Notes: generated by a model from the letters alone, not told the origin. DNA of 64,000 bases from a virus (IMGVR_UViG_3300047317_001031:1-64000), one strand, 5' to 3'; positions 47,498 to 58,084 are shown, counted from the first letter of the stretch. Numbers and translations: made by a program.

Positions 47498-48097
47498 TCA
47501 TGCGTAGCCCATCCGGTCGCACATGCTCTCACATGCTCGGCACAGGCGATCCGGCGCATCCCATTGCATAGCGCTGATGCATTCGCGGGGGGACGTGCAA
47601 TACTTGGACGGCGGCCCTGCATTTGAGGCGGAGGAAGGCGTGGTTTTGCGTTCAGTCGCGTATTCTTGGAGCTTGCGTAAGCTCATTGCGGAACGGTATC
47701 GCTTCTCAATTTGCACGGAGGCACGCTCGGCGAAAAACGTCTTTGATCCGTCGCGGAATAGCAGGCGAACCCAATCACCTTTAGCCGATGTTCCCTCGCC
47801 TACAAAATAATAGCTTTTGCCGTCTTTTTTCGCTGTGCCGAGGATATTCTCTCGATCACGCTCCAATCGCTCCGCATCTTGATCGGCCTTCACTTTTTCC
47901 GCCACGGCGGGATTCGTGAGACGGGCAACGAGCGCGTCCGCCTCATCATGCTTCCCGATCCACCATGCGCGACGATCACCGTCCCAATGCGCACCGGCAT
48001 CTTTAATCGCGGATTTGAAAGCGAATGTATTGCCCAGAATGTAGGAGCGACGGCCTTCACGGCTAACGGTAATACTCATGGGTTCGAGCCTCCTCAA
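47498..48097 (-). CDS. hypothetical protein
   Basis: Intact ORF about 50 nt downstream of promoter copy D. Confidence 0.4.
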   Translation of the reverse strand: MRRLEPMSITVSREGRRSYILGNTFAFKSAIKDAGAHWDGDRRAWWIGKHDEADALVARLTNPAVAEKVKADQDAERLERDRENILGTAKKDGKSYYFVGEGTSAKGDWVRLLFRDGSKTFFAERASVQIEKRYRSAMSLRKLQEYATERKTTPSSASNAGPPSKYCTSPRECISAMQWDAPDRLCRACESMCDRMGYA

Positions 48098-48152
48098 GCG
48101 GTTCGGATCAGAGGCCGAGCGTTACGAGCGCTGCGGCCTCGTTTGTGTTCTC

Positions 48153-48181
48153 ATTATGTCATAGTCACGAAGCGGAGTCAA
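48153..48181 (-). promoter_or_regulatory. repeated sigma70 promoter, copy D (TTGACT-N17-CATAAT)
   Basis: Read directly. Confidence 0.5.
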
Positions 48182-48611
48182 GGGGTTTGAGGAAAGTTTT
48201 TCGAAAGACGTAAGGCCAAAGCATAGCCCTTCCCAACAAGAAAAAGGCCGTCTCACCCGATCGGCTACGCTCGACCTAATACCCCAACCATGCGAGAACG
48301 AGGGAACCTTCATATTTCGCATGGTCCCCGTGATCGCGAACGAACGATTCCCAGGAAATGCCGCTTCCTTCGTGCTTCTCGATTTCACGATGGGCTTCGG
48401 CAGCGCTTATCGTCGCTTCGCATGCCTCATCATAATTCATTTCCTGCCCCTTTTGCTTTTAGCATGGCGATAAACGTTTCCGCTTCCTCAAGGCTTTTAA
48501 CGCGCTTCCATTCCTGAAGGGATACGTACTTATTCCCCGTTGCCCATGATGCATTGATGTTCGCTTCGCGAGCAAGGGCTAGGATCTTTTTCGCTTCAGA
48601 AGTCTTCATAG

Positions 48612-49136
48612 TTACGCTATAATCCCCGCAAATAGTTCATCAAAGTATGCAAGCATTTCAGGATTACGCGCGCCGAGCAAAGCCCGGTCGGCAATCATCG
48701 TCGGCATCCCGCCGTTCTCGCCAAGATACGCACGGAAGCACTCTGCGAAAAATTCATCGACGCCGGCAGTCGCGTAAAATGTTACAAATTGAAGAGCGCT
48801 ATGAAACGCGTTTAGAATTTTTGCAGTATACCCTGATACGTAGAATCCTTTCCCAAGCGCACAATCTAATGCATGACCCAGTTCGTGAGCGATAACCCCG
48901 CGCTCCAATCTGCGAACGTAAACCGTGCGTTCCCGAACCACGAACAACCCGGAAGGCTTCATTCCATCAATATCTATATGCAAGTTTGATAATTCTTTCG
49001 AAGCCGTTTTGAAGGTTTCATCAGGCGCTAATACCCGCACGACTATTCCCTGTTCGTCCAACAATTCCACAATATGGGCAGGCAAGGTTTTAATTACTCC
49101 CAGAACCGTTTCGTTTTCGTGATTTAGCAGTCCCAT
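48612..49136 (-). CDS. HExxH zinc metallopeptidase-like protein (ImmA/IrrE-type candidate)
   Basis: VIAHELGHALD motif. Confidence 0.45.
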   Translation of the reverse strand: MGLLNHENETVLGVIKTLPAHIVELLDEQGIVVRVLAPDETFKTASKELSNLHIDIDGMKPSGLFVVRERTVYVRRLERGVIAHELGHALDCALGKGFYVSGYTAKILNAFHSALQFVTFYATAGVDEFFAECFRAYLGENGGMPTMIADRALLGARNPEMLAYFDELFAGIIA

Positions 49137-49174
49137 GTCGTCCCTCTCGAAGCTTTGTTGTACTCTGTGCGTTT

Positions 49175-49203
49175 ATATTATCATTATATACACACACAGT
49201 CAA
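49175..49203 (-). promoter_or_regulatory. repeated sigma70 promoter, copy E (TTGACT-N17-TAATAT)
   Basis: Read directly. Confidence 0.5.
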
Positions 49204-49504
49204 GCCCCCACGCGCACAAACTTTCTACTTCGTACCGATTGCGAGAAAAGCAGCATGGCCCTTAACGGAATCCCTATGACCCATGAATGCCCCCCGGCCA
49301 TGAGGGATCGACTCGAAAGGTTCTGCTTCTTTCAACGCCTAGGAATGAGCGTCGTCATACAACGAGCGCTCGAAAATCTTTTCGAAAAATACAAAGACGA
49401 TAAAAAACTTGCAGCCGTCATGATCCCATACCTCTTCGCTAACGGATACGGCATACGCAAAATTGGATACGAACGACAAGTGAAAGCAGAACAATTCAAA
49501 AAAT

Positions 49505-50329
49505 ATGGGCGCACAATACACAAACATGCAAAACCAAAATTCTGAACAAGAATTCCTAATCTACAAACAGCAAAAAGCTTACGCCCAATCACTACGACGA
49601 CCGCCCAAATACGTCAAAGCCCCAACACTAACGCCGGAACTCATAGCCTTTCAAACAAATTACAAAAAAAATATAACCAAAACAATCGTAAAAAGACACA
49701 ACGTAAAAAAATTAGCAACAAGAAATAATCTCCTCAAAATTCACACGCAGGCAATCGCCATGCAAACACAAATGGCAAAACAAGAAATTCAAGAATTTAA
49801 ATTACTCCAAGCAAGAAAACTCTTCGAAGCCGGAGAGGCAAAAGAAATAATAGCAAAAGAACTTTCCCTAAACATTACAGACATAAAACAGAAAATGCAA
49901 CAAGACGCAAAACAAAGCAACCCCTGGCAAGAACTAAATAAAACCCTGAAACATACACCAAAACAAAGAAGGCAAGAAATGGAATATATTCCGCCCGGCA
50001 AAAATTCCCTCGCACCCATGCCCGCCGATAACCAAGAACACCTCGAACAAGCACTCAATTCGCAAAATATCGTCTGTCACGAACTCACGATCGCATTACG
50101 CCAAACCATCCAATCCTACAAAGAAGGACGAATCCTTCCGTCACATACCCAGAACGAAGCGGATATCTTAACTTCCATAACTACCGCAGCTAAAAATGTT
50201 ATCGCTATTACTAGAGATGTTGCAGGATTAAAAGTTGGACAGCCGAACGAGTTACAATCAAAACAAAGGCAGAACATAAGAATGTTCAAAATTGTTTCTA
50301 GGCCTAAAGAAGTAGCTACTAGCGAATAG
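49505..50329 (+). CDS. hypothetical Gln/Lys-rich protein in an A-rich, G-poor island
   Basis: 274-aa ORF open through strongly A/C-biased sequence. Confidence 0.4.
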   Translation: MGAQYTNMQNQNSEQEFLIYKQQKAYAQSLRRPPKYVKAPTLTPELIAFQTNYKKNITKTIVKRHNVKKLATRNNLLKIHTQAIAMQTQMAKQEIQEFKLLQARKLFEAGEAKEIIAKELSLNITDIKQKMQQDAKQSNPWQELNKTLKHTPKQRRQEMEYIPPGKNSLAPMPADNQEHLEQALNSQNIVCHELTIALRQTIQSYKEGRILPSHTQNEADILTSITTAAKNVIAITRDVAGLKVGQPNELQSKQRQNIRMFKIVSRPKEVATSE

Positions 50330-50773
50330 TAAGTTCCAACTGGTTTGCATTAACTTAGGAAAGATAGAATGAAAAGTAACCCAATGCCGCAGAAGGTAAC
50401 TTTGTATTTTGAAGACGTTGCAAGAGAATTTCGCACGTTAGCAATTGGACAAGGTTACGATGCGACAAAATACCCAAGCCGAGGCGTGAGGGTACATGCC
50501 TACCATGATCGCGTGAAGTTTCGGTTACGCGATAACTGGAACGTTCTCCGCATGGGAATTTTCGTCGTTGACGAGAGCTTTACGCTAAAAATTCTTGCAT
50601 ACGAACTTGCCGCGCGGATCTTCAACGAACTCCAACAGCGCGCGTATGTCGTGGAACCGGGTACGCAGCCGAAGCAATTCCGGGAGCAGGAAGCCTTGCT
50701 CCGTCCCGCCCCATGAAGAACGCCTAATCTTTCGAGCATAACTTTTCCATAGACGGTCGTTGTTTATTTTGTT

Positions 50774-51463
50774 ATGCTCGGGGACATGAGGCACATCGTA
50801 AGCTACCTGCGGGTTTCGACAAGGGAGCAAGGGCTCGGGATTGAGGCGCAGCGTTCGGTCGTCTTGGCCTACTGCGAGGCGACGGGTTCGGAAGTCGTCA
50901 GCGAATTCGCGGAAATGGAAAGCGGGAAGAAAAACGATCGTCCGCAGTTAGCCCTCGCGATAGCCGACGCGCAACGGCGGAAGACGGTTCTCGTCGTCGC
51001 GAAGCTTGACCGGCTTTCCCGCGATGTTCATTTCATTTCAGGGCTACTAAAGTCGGACGTGGAATTCTACTTCTGTGACTTGCCCCAGGCAAATCGGATG
51101 CTACTGCACATTATGGCGTCGGTCGCAGAGGGCGAACGCGAGATGATCTCACAACGGACGAAAGCGGCCCTACAAGCGGCCAAGGCGCGCGGGGTGAAGT
51201 TGGGGGGGCAGAACCCCGCATGTCGCGGGAACCTCTCTCCTGGGGCGATTCTAGCGGGCCATGCGAAAGCGGCGAAAGCGATCTCGGCGAAGGCGCGCAA
51301 GGGCGATGCTCTTTTCCTTCCGGACATCCTGGCGATGCAGGCGACCGGGCTGTCATTCGAGGCGATTGCGAAGGAGCTGAACGCGAAAGGGCTAACCGGC
51401 CCGCGCGGCAACCCCTGGCACGCGATGCAAGTTTACCGAGCGATAAAACGCGCGAATCCGTAA
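50774..51463 (+). CDS. serine recombinase (resolvase/invertase family)
   Basis: YLRVSTREQ catalytic-Ser motif and resolvase N-terminal domain layout. Confidence 0.85.
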   Translation: MLGDMRHIVSYLRVSTREQGLGIEAQRSVVLAYCEATGSEVVSEFAEMESGKKNDRPQLALAIADAQRRKTVLVVAKLDRLSRDVHFISGLLKSDVEFYFCDLPQANRMLLHIMASVAEGEREMISQRTKAALQAAKARGVKLGGQNPACRGNLSPGAILAGHAKAAKAISAKARKGDALFLPDILAMQATGLSFEAIAKELNAKGLTGPRGNPWHAMQVYRAIKRANP

Positions 51464-51467
51464 CCCC

Positions 51468-52322
51468 ATGCGGGAGAACCGTTCCCGTGCTCCTAGCCCG
51501 AGGCATTGCGCTTCGGGCTTTTTTGTTTTCCACACCGAAAGACAGGTTTTTTTGTTACCCCATCCCCATCAAGCGCCCAAGGATGAGCTTGCCGGCGCGC
51601 TCCCCGTTGTTCTTCGCCAAGTCGGCGAGGCAACCGCGCAAACCGTGAACGCCCGGAACTTGCATGTTTTCTTGCAGGTGAACACGCGCTTCAATGATTG
51701 GATCGTTCGCCGCCTTGATCAATACGATTTCACGGAGGGACTTGATTACTCACGCGAGAGCAGTAACGATTTCCACTTAACGCTCGACATGGCGAAAGAA
51801 TTCTGCATGCTTGAGCGTAACGACCGAGGCAAGCAGGCTAGGCGCTATTTTCTCGCATGTGAACGGCAACTAAAGGCGGGGGTTGCTCTCGATCTCAACG
51901 ACCCTCGGCAGTTACGTGCGGCGCTTGGTAGCTATACCGAAAAAGTGATCGCCCTAGAGTCGAAAATAGAGGCGGATCGTCCCAAGGTTGCCTTTGCCGA
52001 CGTCGCCGCGCGGGCGGACGGTGAACTCGTTCCCACGGATTTTGCTAAGGAGGTTGCTCCGTCGCTCGGGGTAGGCATGCGCGAGGTTCTTGCCCGCCTA
52101 GTAAGTGATCGTATTCTTTTCCGCCGCGGGAAGCGGTTGCGCCCATATCAGCATTGGATTGATTCCGGGTATCTTCGCCTCGTCGAAATCGTCGGTTCGC
52201 ATCCCAGGACGGGGGAGCCCGTACTCTACCCGCAGTCAGTGATTACGCCGCAGGGCTACCAGTGGATTCTTGACCGTTGGAACGTCGACGGGCGCCATGA
52301 AGTATACGATTCCGGAGATTAA
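51468..52322 (+). CDS. phage antirepressor (Bro-N/ORF6N plus KilA-C)
   Basis: VNARNLHVFLQVNTRFNDWIVRRL is Bro-N/AntA-like; C-terminal FAKEVAPSLGVGMREVLARLVSDRILFRR is KilA-C-like. Confidence 0.6.
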   Translation: MRENRSRAPSPRHCASGFFVFHTERQVFLLPHPHQAPKDELAGALPVVLRQVGEATAQTVNARNLHVFLQVNTRFNDWIVRRLDQYDFTEGLDYSRESSNDFHLTLDMAKEFCMLERNDRGKQARRYFLACERQLKAGVALDLNDPRQLRAALGSYTEKVIALESKIEADRPKVAFADVAARADGELVPTDFAKEVAPSLGVGMREVLARLVSDRILFRRGKRLRPYQHWIDSGYLRLVEIVGSHPRTGEPVLYPQSVITPQGYQWILDRWNVDGRHEVYDSGD

Positions 52323-53075
52323 CTTCATGCGCTGGGCGACCGCAGTCTATTCGGTCGTTTCGCGTCGGCCGGCATGCGCTATCGACCATGAGAAGAACGG
52401 TTCCGGCGGGTATTGGGGAGTGAGCAAACCCGCCGAAAAGGCATGCTCGTTCTGCTTGGAAGCGCTTATTTTGTCGGCATCGGGAGAGCATCGGAACGAG
52501 GAATTTCTCCGCACATACATGATCAACGGGACGAAGCCGAAGGAACTTGTCGGCTGCATTGTTTCGGAGGTTGCCGCCGGCGGTTACGCGCTTTCTTGGC
52601 CTATCGGATTCGCCGCATGGTACGAACGGGAACATCCCCAACCAGGCGGTTAGCCTTTTCGATCGCATCGTGTAACCGGATTCCCGGCTCGTTCCCGGTC
52701 GGAGGAGCGGAGAGCACGATCCCGCTTTCTCGTTGCTTGGCTAGATAGGCGAGGCTTGCTTTTCGCATGGTTGCGGCGGTCTTCATGCCGGCGGCGTTCC
52801 CTGGTTGCGGAATAGCACCCTTGCGCCGGAGGGAGGACGAGCCGGAACCGTCTCTCGTTGTGCGTAGGCAGGGGCTTTCTTCTCGCGCTTGCGCCGTGTG
52901 GGAGGTCTTCGCCGTTTACCGTCGCGCGAAGCGCTAGCGGGGTCGGCAAGGGCGCTTTAGCGGCGAAGCGTAGCGGAGCGAACCCTTTCCGGCTCTGCTA
53001 CCCTCCGGGGACGGTAAACGACGAGGACCGCATGCGGAATCGTGAGCGGAGAGGCCGGAGCGCGATCGTAACGGG

Positions 53076-53429
53076 CTAGAGCAAGGGGACGACGCGAAGA
53101 GCCGCCTCATGGTCTAATTCGATGCAACGGAGGAGGAAGGTAGTTCCCGCATCCGGCTTGCGGTCCCCAGACTCCAACGCTTCCATTTGTCTTGCCTTGA
53201 GTCCAAAAATCGCCTCAAATTTCCGAGTTGACCGCGCAACTTTTTTTCTTATTTGCTGTATGTAGGCGCCGGTAAGCGGGCGAACGCTCGGGGTGTACTC
53301 TTCTACGTCGCACTCGTTAGGCTCGCCATTACAGTAGGCTTCCCATTCGCGAAAGTCCTCCGCTAGTTGTCCTCCGAGGTCTAGCTTGCGATACTCCTCG
53401 TCACTCATGGTATCCCCTTTCTTTTTCAT
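53076..53429 (-). CDS. XRE-family HTH antitoxin (HigA-like)
   Basis: HTH_XRE segment RKKVARSTRKFEAIFGLKARQMEALESGDRKP; downstream of a Gp49-like gene. Confidence 0.55.
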   Translation of the reverse strand: MKKKGDTMSDEEYRKLDLGGQLAEDFREWEAYCNGEPNECDVEEYTPSVRPLTGAYIQQIRKKVARSTRKFEAIFGLKARQMEALESGDRKPDAGTTFLLRCIELDHEAALRVVPLL

Positions 53430-53733
53430 TGCGGATAAAGGCTTTGATCCAATCCCGCTGGGCGTTAGTTAGGTCTTTTTGCTTGCTCTTGGCGTAAGCG
53501 AAAAGGAAGAAAATGCGGCCAAAAATCGCGACGAAGTAGATAACCCGCGCACCGTCCCGCTTTCCCTTATTTTGGAGTCCGTAGCGAGCCTTTTGCGCGC
53601 CCTCCATGTTTTCCATGATCGGCCATTTGTCGGGGTTATCGGCTATTGATGCGGAAATTTCTTTCATATCCCGCAACGTGAGGCCCATTTCCCCGCACGC
53701 TACGCGAAACGCCTTGGCCTTGATGATCTTCAC
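53401..53733 (-). CDS. Gp49/HigB-like RelE-superfamily toxin
   Basis: GARVIYFVAIFGRIFFLFAYAKSKQKDLT matches the Gp49-like toxin signature. Confidence 0.55.
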   Translation of the reverse strand: MKIIKAKAFRVACGEMGLTLRDMKEISASIADNPDKWPIMENMEGAQKARYGLQNKGKRDGARVIYFVAIFGRIFFLFAYAKSKQKDLTNAQRDWIKAFIRNEKERGYHE

Positions 53734-53801
53734 TTACTAATTATACGGCATTGCGGTAATAAAAGCAACCGAGTATTACGATCACTTGCTAGCATGGAGG
53801 T

Positions 53802-54515
53802 TTGATGGGGAAGGCGCTTGCGTTGGTGCTCGGGCGTTTGCCTAGCGCGCGGAAGGTAAGCGACGGGTACCGTGCTCGTTGCCCTGTTCACGGGGGTTCG
53901 GCGCTTAGCCTGAAGGTTAGGGAGAACGCTCGCGGGGTTGCGTTGCATTGCTTTGCCGGCTGCCTTGTTTTGGATATTGCGCGCTCGCTCGGGTTGCTAG
54001 TTCAAGATTTATTTAATGACGACGGGGAAGCGACGACGAGGTACGCCATGCGGGAGAAGCGTTCTGCGTCGCCTGCCGAGGTTGGCTGGGCGGTTCGTGA
54101 GCATATCCGGGTGATGCTCGCGGAGGAGGCGGAGGCGCTCGGGTACGTTCCGCCGCCGGAGACGCGCCGCGACAATGAGGCGAAAAGGGCTGCTGCGGGC
54201 ATTCTGGGCGTGGTTATCCCCCAGGGACGATATAAACGGCACGAAATCGGCTTGCCGCACTCTAGCGACCCTTTGTGGGCAGTTTTCGAGGAAAGGGCGT
54301 TGCAAGAGGTCGTCTGGGAGCGTCGCGGGTTTGATTTCCCGGTCGAGAAGGCTCCGTTACGGGACGTATGCGACGCGCAGGAGCGTGCGGCGGGTTGGAT
54401 TCGGTCGCTAGCGCGGTGTTCGTGCGGGGAATGTAGCCAATGCCGGGGGTGGGCGCATGCGGAGAAGTTGCGTTTGCCCGGTTGCGGGACGGTTCGATGC
54501 GGGCAGGGAGCGTAG
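53802..54515 (+). CDS. protein with primase-type CHC2 zinc finger
   Basis: RCPVHGGSALSLKV...ALHCFAGC equals the CxH...CxxC zf-CHC2 signature; no primase catalytic domain follows. Confidence 0.45.
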   Translation: MMGKALALVLGRLPSARKVSDGYRARCPVHGGSALSLKVRENARGVALHCFAGCLVLDIARSLGLLVQDLFNDDGEATTRYAMREKRSASPAEVGWAVREHIRVMLAEEAEALGYVPPPETRRDNEAKRAAAGILGVVIPQGRYKRHEIGLPHSSDPLWAVFEERALQEVVWERRGFDFPVEKAPLRDVCDAQERAAGWIRSLARCSCGECSQCRGWAHAEKLRLPGCGTVRCGQGA

Positions 54516-54663
54516 GGCATTCCTTTCCGCATGGTTACGCATAAACGGTCGCGGCGGGGAGACTTGGGTCCCGTGCGGATTGGGGGATGCCGGGAATTTT
54601 TTAGCTTGCTTGCATCGGTCGTTCACCACTTACGATTACGTACGATGTAAATCGTGCTCAAAT

Positions 54664-54702
54664 GTTACCTGTAGGGGTAACGTGGTTACCTGTAGGGGTA
54701 AC
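54664..54702. promoter_or_regulatory. two tandem 18-bp palindromic sites GTTACCTGTAGGGGTAAC (candidate operator)
   Basis: Exact direct duplicate separated by GTG; each copy has inverted 6-bp arms; 44 bp upstream of the wHTH gene. Confidence 0.5.
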
Positions 54703-54745
54703 ATTGCGCGTCTAGCCCTGTATTTTCAATGATCGGAGCCTTAAA

Positions 54746-55213
54746 ATGGCCTCTTTGCCACGTAATTTGGGGACGGTTGATCTAGTAAGCGGGGAACTTC
54801 TTCAGGGAGTTTTCGCCTTCTCGCCAAGCAAGGCAAAGAAACCGCATGTGCATGCACTTGATGAACCGCATTTGATCATGTTTCAGTCTGGGCTAAAGGC
54901 TGTCGCAACGGATAAGCATTTCAAGTGGCAAGATGTCCGCGTATTGCTCTATTTGATCGGGGTTATCGGCTTCGAAAACGAGTGGAGGAAGTTAAATCAA
55001 AGTGAAGTTGCGGGCGTTCTCGGGATGCGTCGTTTTCATGTGAATCGTTCGGTCCAGAAGCTTGTAAATGCGGGGATTGTAGTCATGGGAACGCGTATTG
55101 GGAGCGGTCACGTATATCGGATGAATCCTTACTTTGGGTATAAAGGCAAGCTTATCTCCATAGACGATGCTCGTCGGGCACATGATAAGAGAGTGAACAA
55201 TGCCGCTTCGTAA
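54746..55213 (+). CDS. wHTH DNA-binding protein
   Basis: LNQSEVAGVLGMRRFHVNRSVQKLVNAGIV is a winged-helix recognition segment. Confidence 0.4.
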   Translation: MASLPRNLGTVDLVSGELLQGVFAFSPSKAKKPHVHALDEPHLIMFQSGLKAVATDKHFKWQDVRVLLYLIGVIGFENEWRKLNQSEVAGVLGMRRFHVNRSVQKLVNAGIVVMGTRIGSGHVYRMNPYFGYKGKLISIDDARRAHDKRVNNAAS

Positions 55214-55679
55214 GAGTGTTAGCCGGCATACATTCCGGCCTCGCACGCATGGTTCTGGAATTTATGCAATTACGTGTACTGCGACAGGGAAAATATATGT
55301 TGGATCTTCGGTTAATATGACGAAGCGATATGATGATCATTGTAAAGCATTATCAAGCGGAAACAGCAGATGCCGCGTCCTGCAAAAAGCTTGGAATCAA
55401 TATGGTCCTACTGCGTTTACTTTTCGTGTCCTTGAGTATGTTAGGAGCAGGAAAGGGTTAGAGGAATTCGAGCAAAATTGGATTGATCGTATTGGGCAGG
55501 AAAATTTGCTCAATATGCAGATGACGGTGACCCGTAAGGATGCATATCGTTCCCTTTGTTGTCAAATAAGATTAGGTCTTATAAAGTACAAGGTAATTCT
55601 ATCTAAGAATATGACTCCTACGGGGTATTTTTGTCCAGACTGTAATCCCAAAAACAGAATTCCTCCGAGGATCGGATGA
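55200..55679 (+). CDS. GIY-YIG homing endonuclease
   Basis: GIYAITCTATGKIYVGSSVNMTKRYDDH has GIY...YVG...R spacing. Confidence 0.75.
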   Translation: MPLRKSVSRHTFRPRTHGSGIYAITCTATGKIYVGSSVNMTKRYDDHCKALSSGNSRCRVLQKAWNQYGPTAFTFRVLEYVRSRKGLEEFEQNWIDRIGQENLLNMQMTVTRKDAYRSLCCQIRLGLIKYKVILSKNMTPTGYFCPDCNPKNRIPPRIG

Positions 55680-56044
55680 TTGAGGACCCCGTGGGCGAAG
55701 AGTCTTCGAATGAATGAAGAGGAAGTCGCCTATCGTACGGAGGTTCATCGGATTGCGCGGAAGACGTTCATTGTCGTGCTTCAGACGCAGGCCGTCGTGC
55801 ATGCCGAAATGTGCGAGGCGGGATTTGCGTTCATGATGGATGCTTGTAGCGGTTCGGATTGGATGAAGCGGCCTTTGGACGTGTTGCGTTTGTCGCCGCA
55901 TCGGGACGGGTTGCCGGAGCATGTGCGGAAGACGATTGCGGAGGCGAAGATGCCGGAGATGCTTGCGTTGGCGGCATTCTCGTCGGACGTGATGTCTCGG
56001 ATGGTGGAAATCGGTCGTTCGCGTTCGGGGGTTGTGATCGCGTG

Positions 56045-56332
56045 ATGAAGATGAAATCGCCTCCACATCCCGGCGGGTTTATTCTCCGAGAGTGCATTGA
56101 GCCTTTGGGCCTTACTATCACGGATGCTGCTGCCGCCCTTGGGGTTACATGCACGATGCTCTCGGAGATTGTGAACGAGAAGCGCGGCGTCTCTCCTGAA
56201 ATGGCCGTTCGGCTTTCCAAGGTCTTCGGGGGTAGCGCAGAGAACTGGATCATTCAACAAGCGCAATATGATCTTTCGCAGGTGGACGATGGGCAGATAC
56301 ATCTCAAACGTTTTAATCCGGTAATTTTATGA
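56045..56332 (+). CDS. HigA-family HTH antitoxin-like protein
   Basis: HPGGFILRECIEPLGLTITDAAAALGVTCTMLSEIVNEKRGVSPEMAVRLSKVFG matches the HigA N-terminus. Confidence 0.6.
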   Translation: MKMKSPPHPGGFILRECIEPLGLTITDAAAALGVTCTMLSEIVNEKRGVSPEMAVRLSKVFGGSAENWIIQQAQYDLSQVDDGQIHLKRFNPVIL

Positions 56333-56658
56333 GCGGAAGACACAAATGGGAGGACCTGCGTAAGAAGTCAAAACTCACGCCTGAGCAACTTGAGGAGTGT
56401 GACCGCAAGGCGCGAGAGGAGTCCGAAAGATTGCCGGCTATAGTTCAGCCGTTGCCGCCCGGCGCAAAGCGCGTGTCGGTCGTGTTTTCCCCGGAGACCT
56501 ATGAGAAGATCCTCTACATCGCCGAGCATAAGGGCACGAATAAAACCGAGGCGCTCCGCCAATCAGTTTTATTGACCGAGTATCTTGTTAAGGCGGCGGA
56601 GGAAGGGGCGAAAATTTATATAGATCGCGATGGCAAACTGACAGAATTAGTTTTATGA
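56329..56658 (+). CDS. small protein, paralog of 57899..58084, with C-terminal RHH-like segment
   Basis: N-terminus MSGRHKWEDLRKKSKLTPEQLEE versus MSGHNKWEDTRGKSELTPEQLLE. Confidence 0.4.
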   Translation: MSGRHKWEDLRKKSKLTPEQLEECDRKAREESERLPAIVQPLPPGAKRVSVVFSPETYEKILYIAEHKGTNKTEALRQSVLLTEYLVKAAEEGAKIYIDRDGKLTELVL

Positions 56659-57898
56659 CCCAAGAAGAAGCGTTTGAGGCGGCTATCGTTGCTCTCCGCG
56701 CGCAAGGCTTGGCCCCGGACGAATTTGGTTTAAAGATTCGCGATCGTATGATACACGGCGAACTTGACGAAGATCAGGCGATTGCGGAAATCAAGGCATA
56801 CCATACGGATCGCATTCGCGGGCATGCTATTACAGATCCCCTAACTTAGAGATTATTTTAATCGGTCTGTTTACCGTAGCGGGGGAATTTGCTAGTTTGG
56901 TTATTTTTCGCCTCACGGTTTCTACGATTTTCGGCCTGGGACTGCTCCCTGTATTCTCTCCGACGACGCCATAGTCCATAAAGGATAGCATGTAATTCGT
57001 CCACGCTAAATTCTCCGCTCAATGCAATTGAATCTCTTGATCCGCTATACGCTTGCAATATCGTATTGATATCATCCTCACCAATCGCCCCTTCCCTTTC
57101 CAATGTAAAATGCACGGGCGGCGGACCTGTCCACCGCGATAGTGCTCGAAAATCATAAACTTCATTCAGGAGCTTGCGGATAGTATTGGGATTGAACGAT
57201 TGCACGAAGTCGTTGAGATGTTCATGAGCATGGATCATCTTGTCAAGCATGTCGTCGTCAATCTCGTTCATATCAGTAATTGATACGACAAATTCCCTTA
57301 TTATCCTAGTCCGTGATTTCGTTAAATCAATATATAATTGGTCTTGTGCTAGAGGATTCCCATTGCGGCTATAGCACTCCTAATGTGTATGAGGAAACTT
57401 ACAAACCCAGAGACCGATGATATGATATCAACATTCGAGATGGAACTCGGCGATGGAATCAGTATTGGATTAGTTGACAATGGGGCCTTTGGATCTGTTA
57501 CATTTTGGGACATAAAAGAAGATAAATGTCTTGAAGTCCTCATTCCAGTAGATGCGTGGGCCGCTTTCAAAACTATGTTCTCTAGAGAATTATTCGATGG
57601 GACTTTGACATTATGAGTGACGATAAGCCAAAGAAACGTTTGAATCCGCAGTACCCTGGGCCGCCGCCGATCACCGCCGCGAACTACCGGCAAGATGAGT
57701 CCGTGCGTGAGTTGTTGCGGTCGTGGGGGTATGTCTTAGAATCACCGAAGCCGAAGGGGAAGCCGCCTTCATTGGAGTAGGTCGTAATGCCCGGCACGGG
57801 TCTGCCATGCAGACGGCTAACGACGAACCGTGTGTCGAACAAAGGGGCCGTTAGGTCGCCGATGACCCCAATGTAGAATCGTTTTTCGTGCGAAGGGA

Positions 57899-58084
57899 GT
57901 GGTCATAATGAGCGGACATAATAAATGGGAGGATACGCGTGGGAAGTCTGAACTTACTCCCGAGCAGCTATTAGAGAATACGCGTGTTGCTGAAGCGATT
58001 GCTTTGCAGGATGAATTATGCGCGCAAATAACCGAGGGGATTCGTGCTGAGATTGCGCGTCGTAAGGCGTTAATGGATGAGTAA
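57899..58084 (+). CDS. small protein, paralog of 56329..56658 N-terminus
   Basis: Shared 22-aa N-terminal motif. Confidence 0.35.
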   Translation: MVIMSGHNKWEDTRGKSELTPEQLLENTRVAEAIALQDELCAQITEGIRAEIARRKALMDE

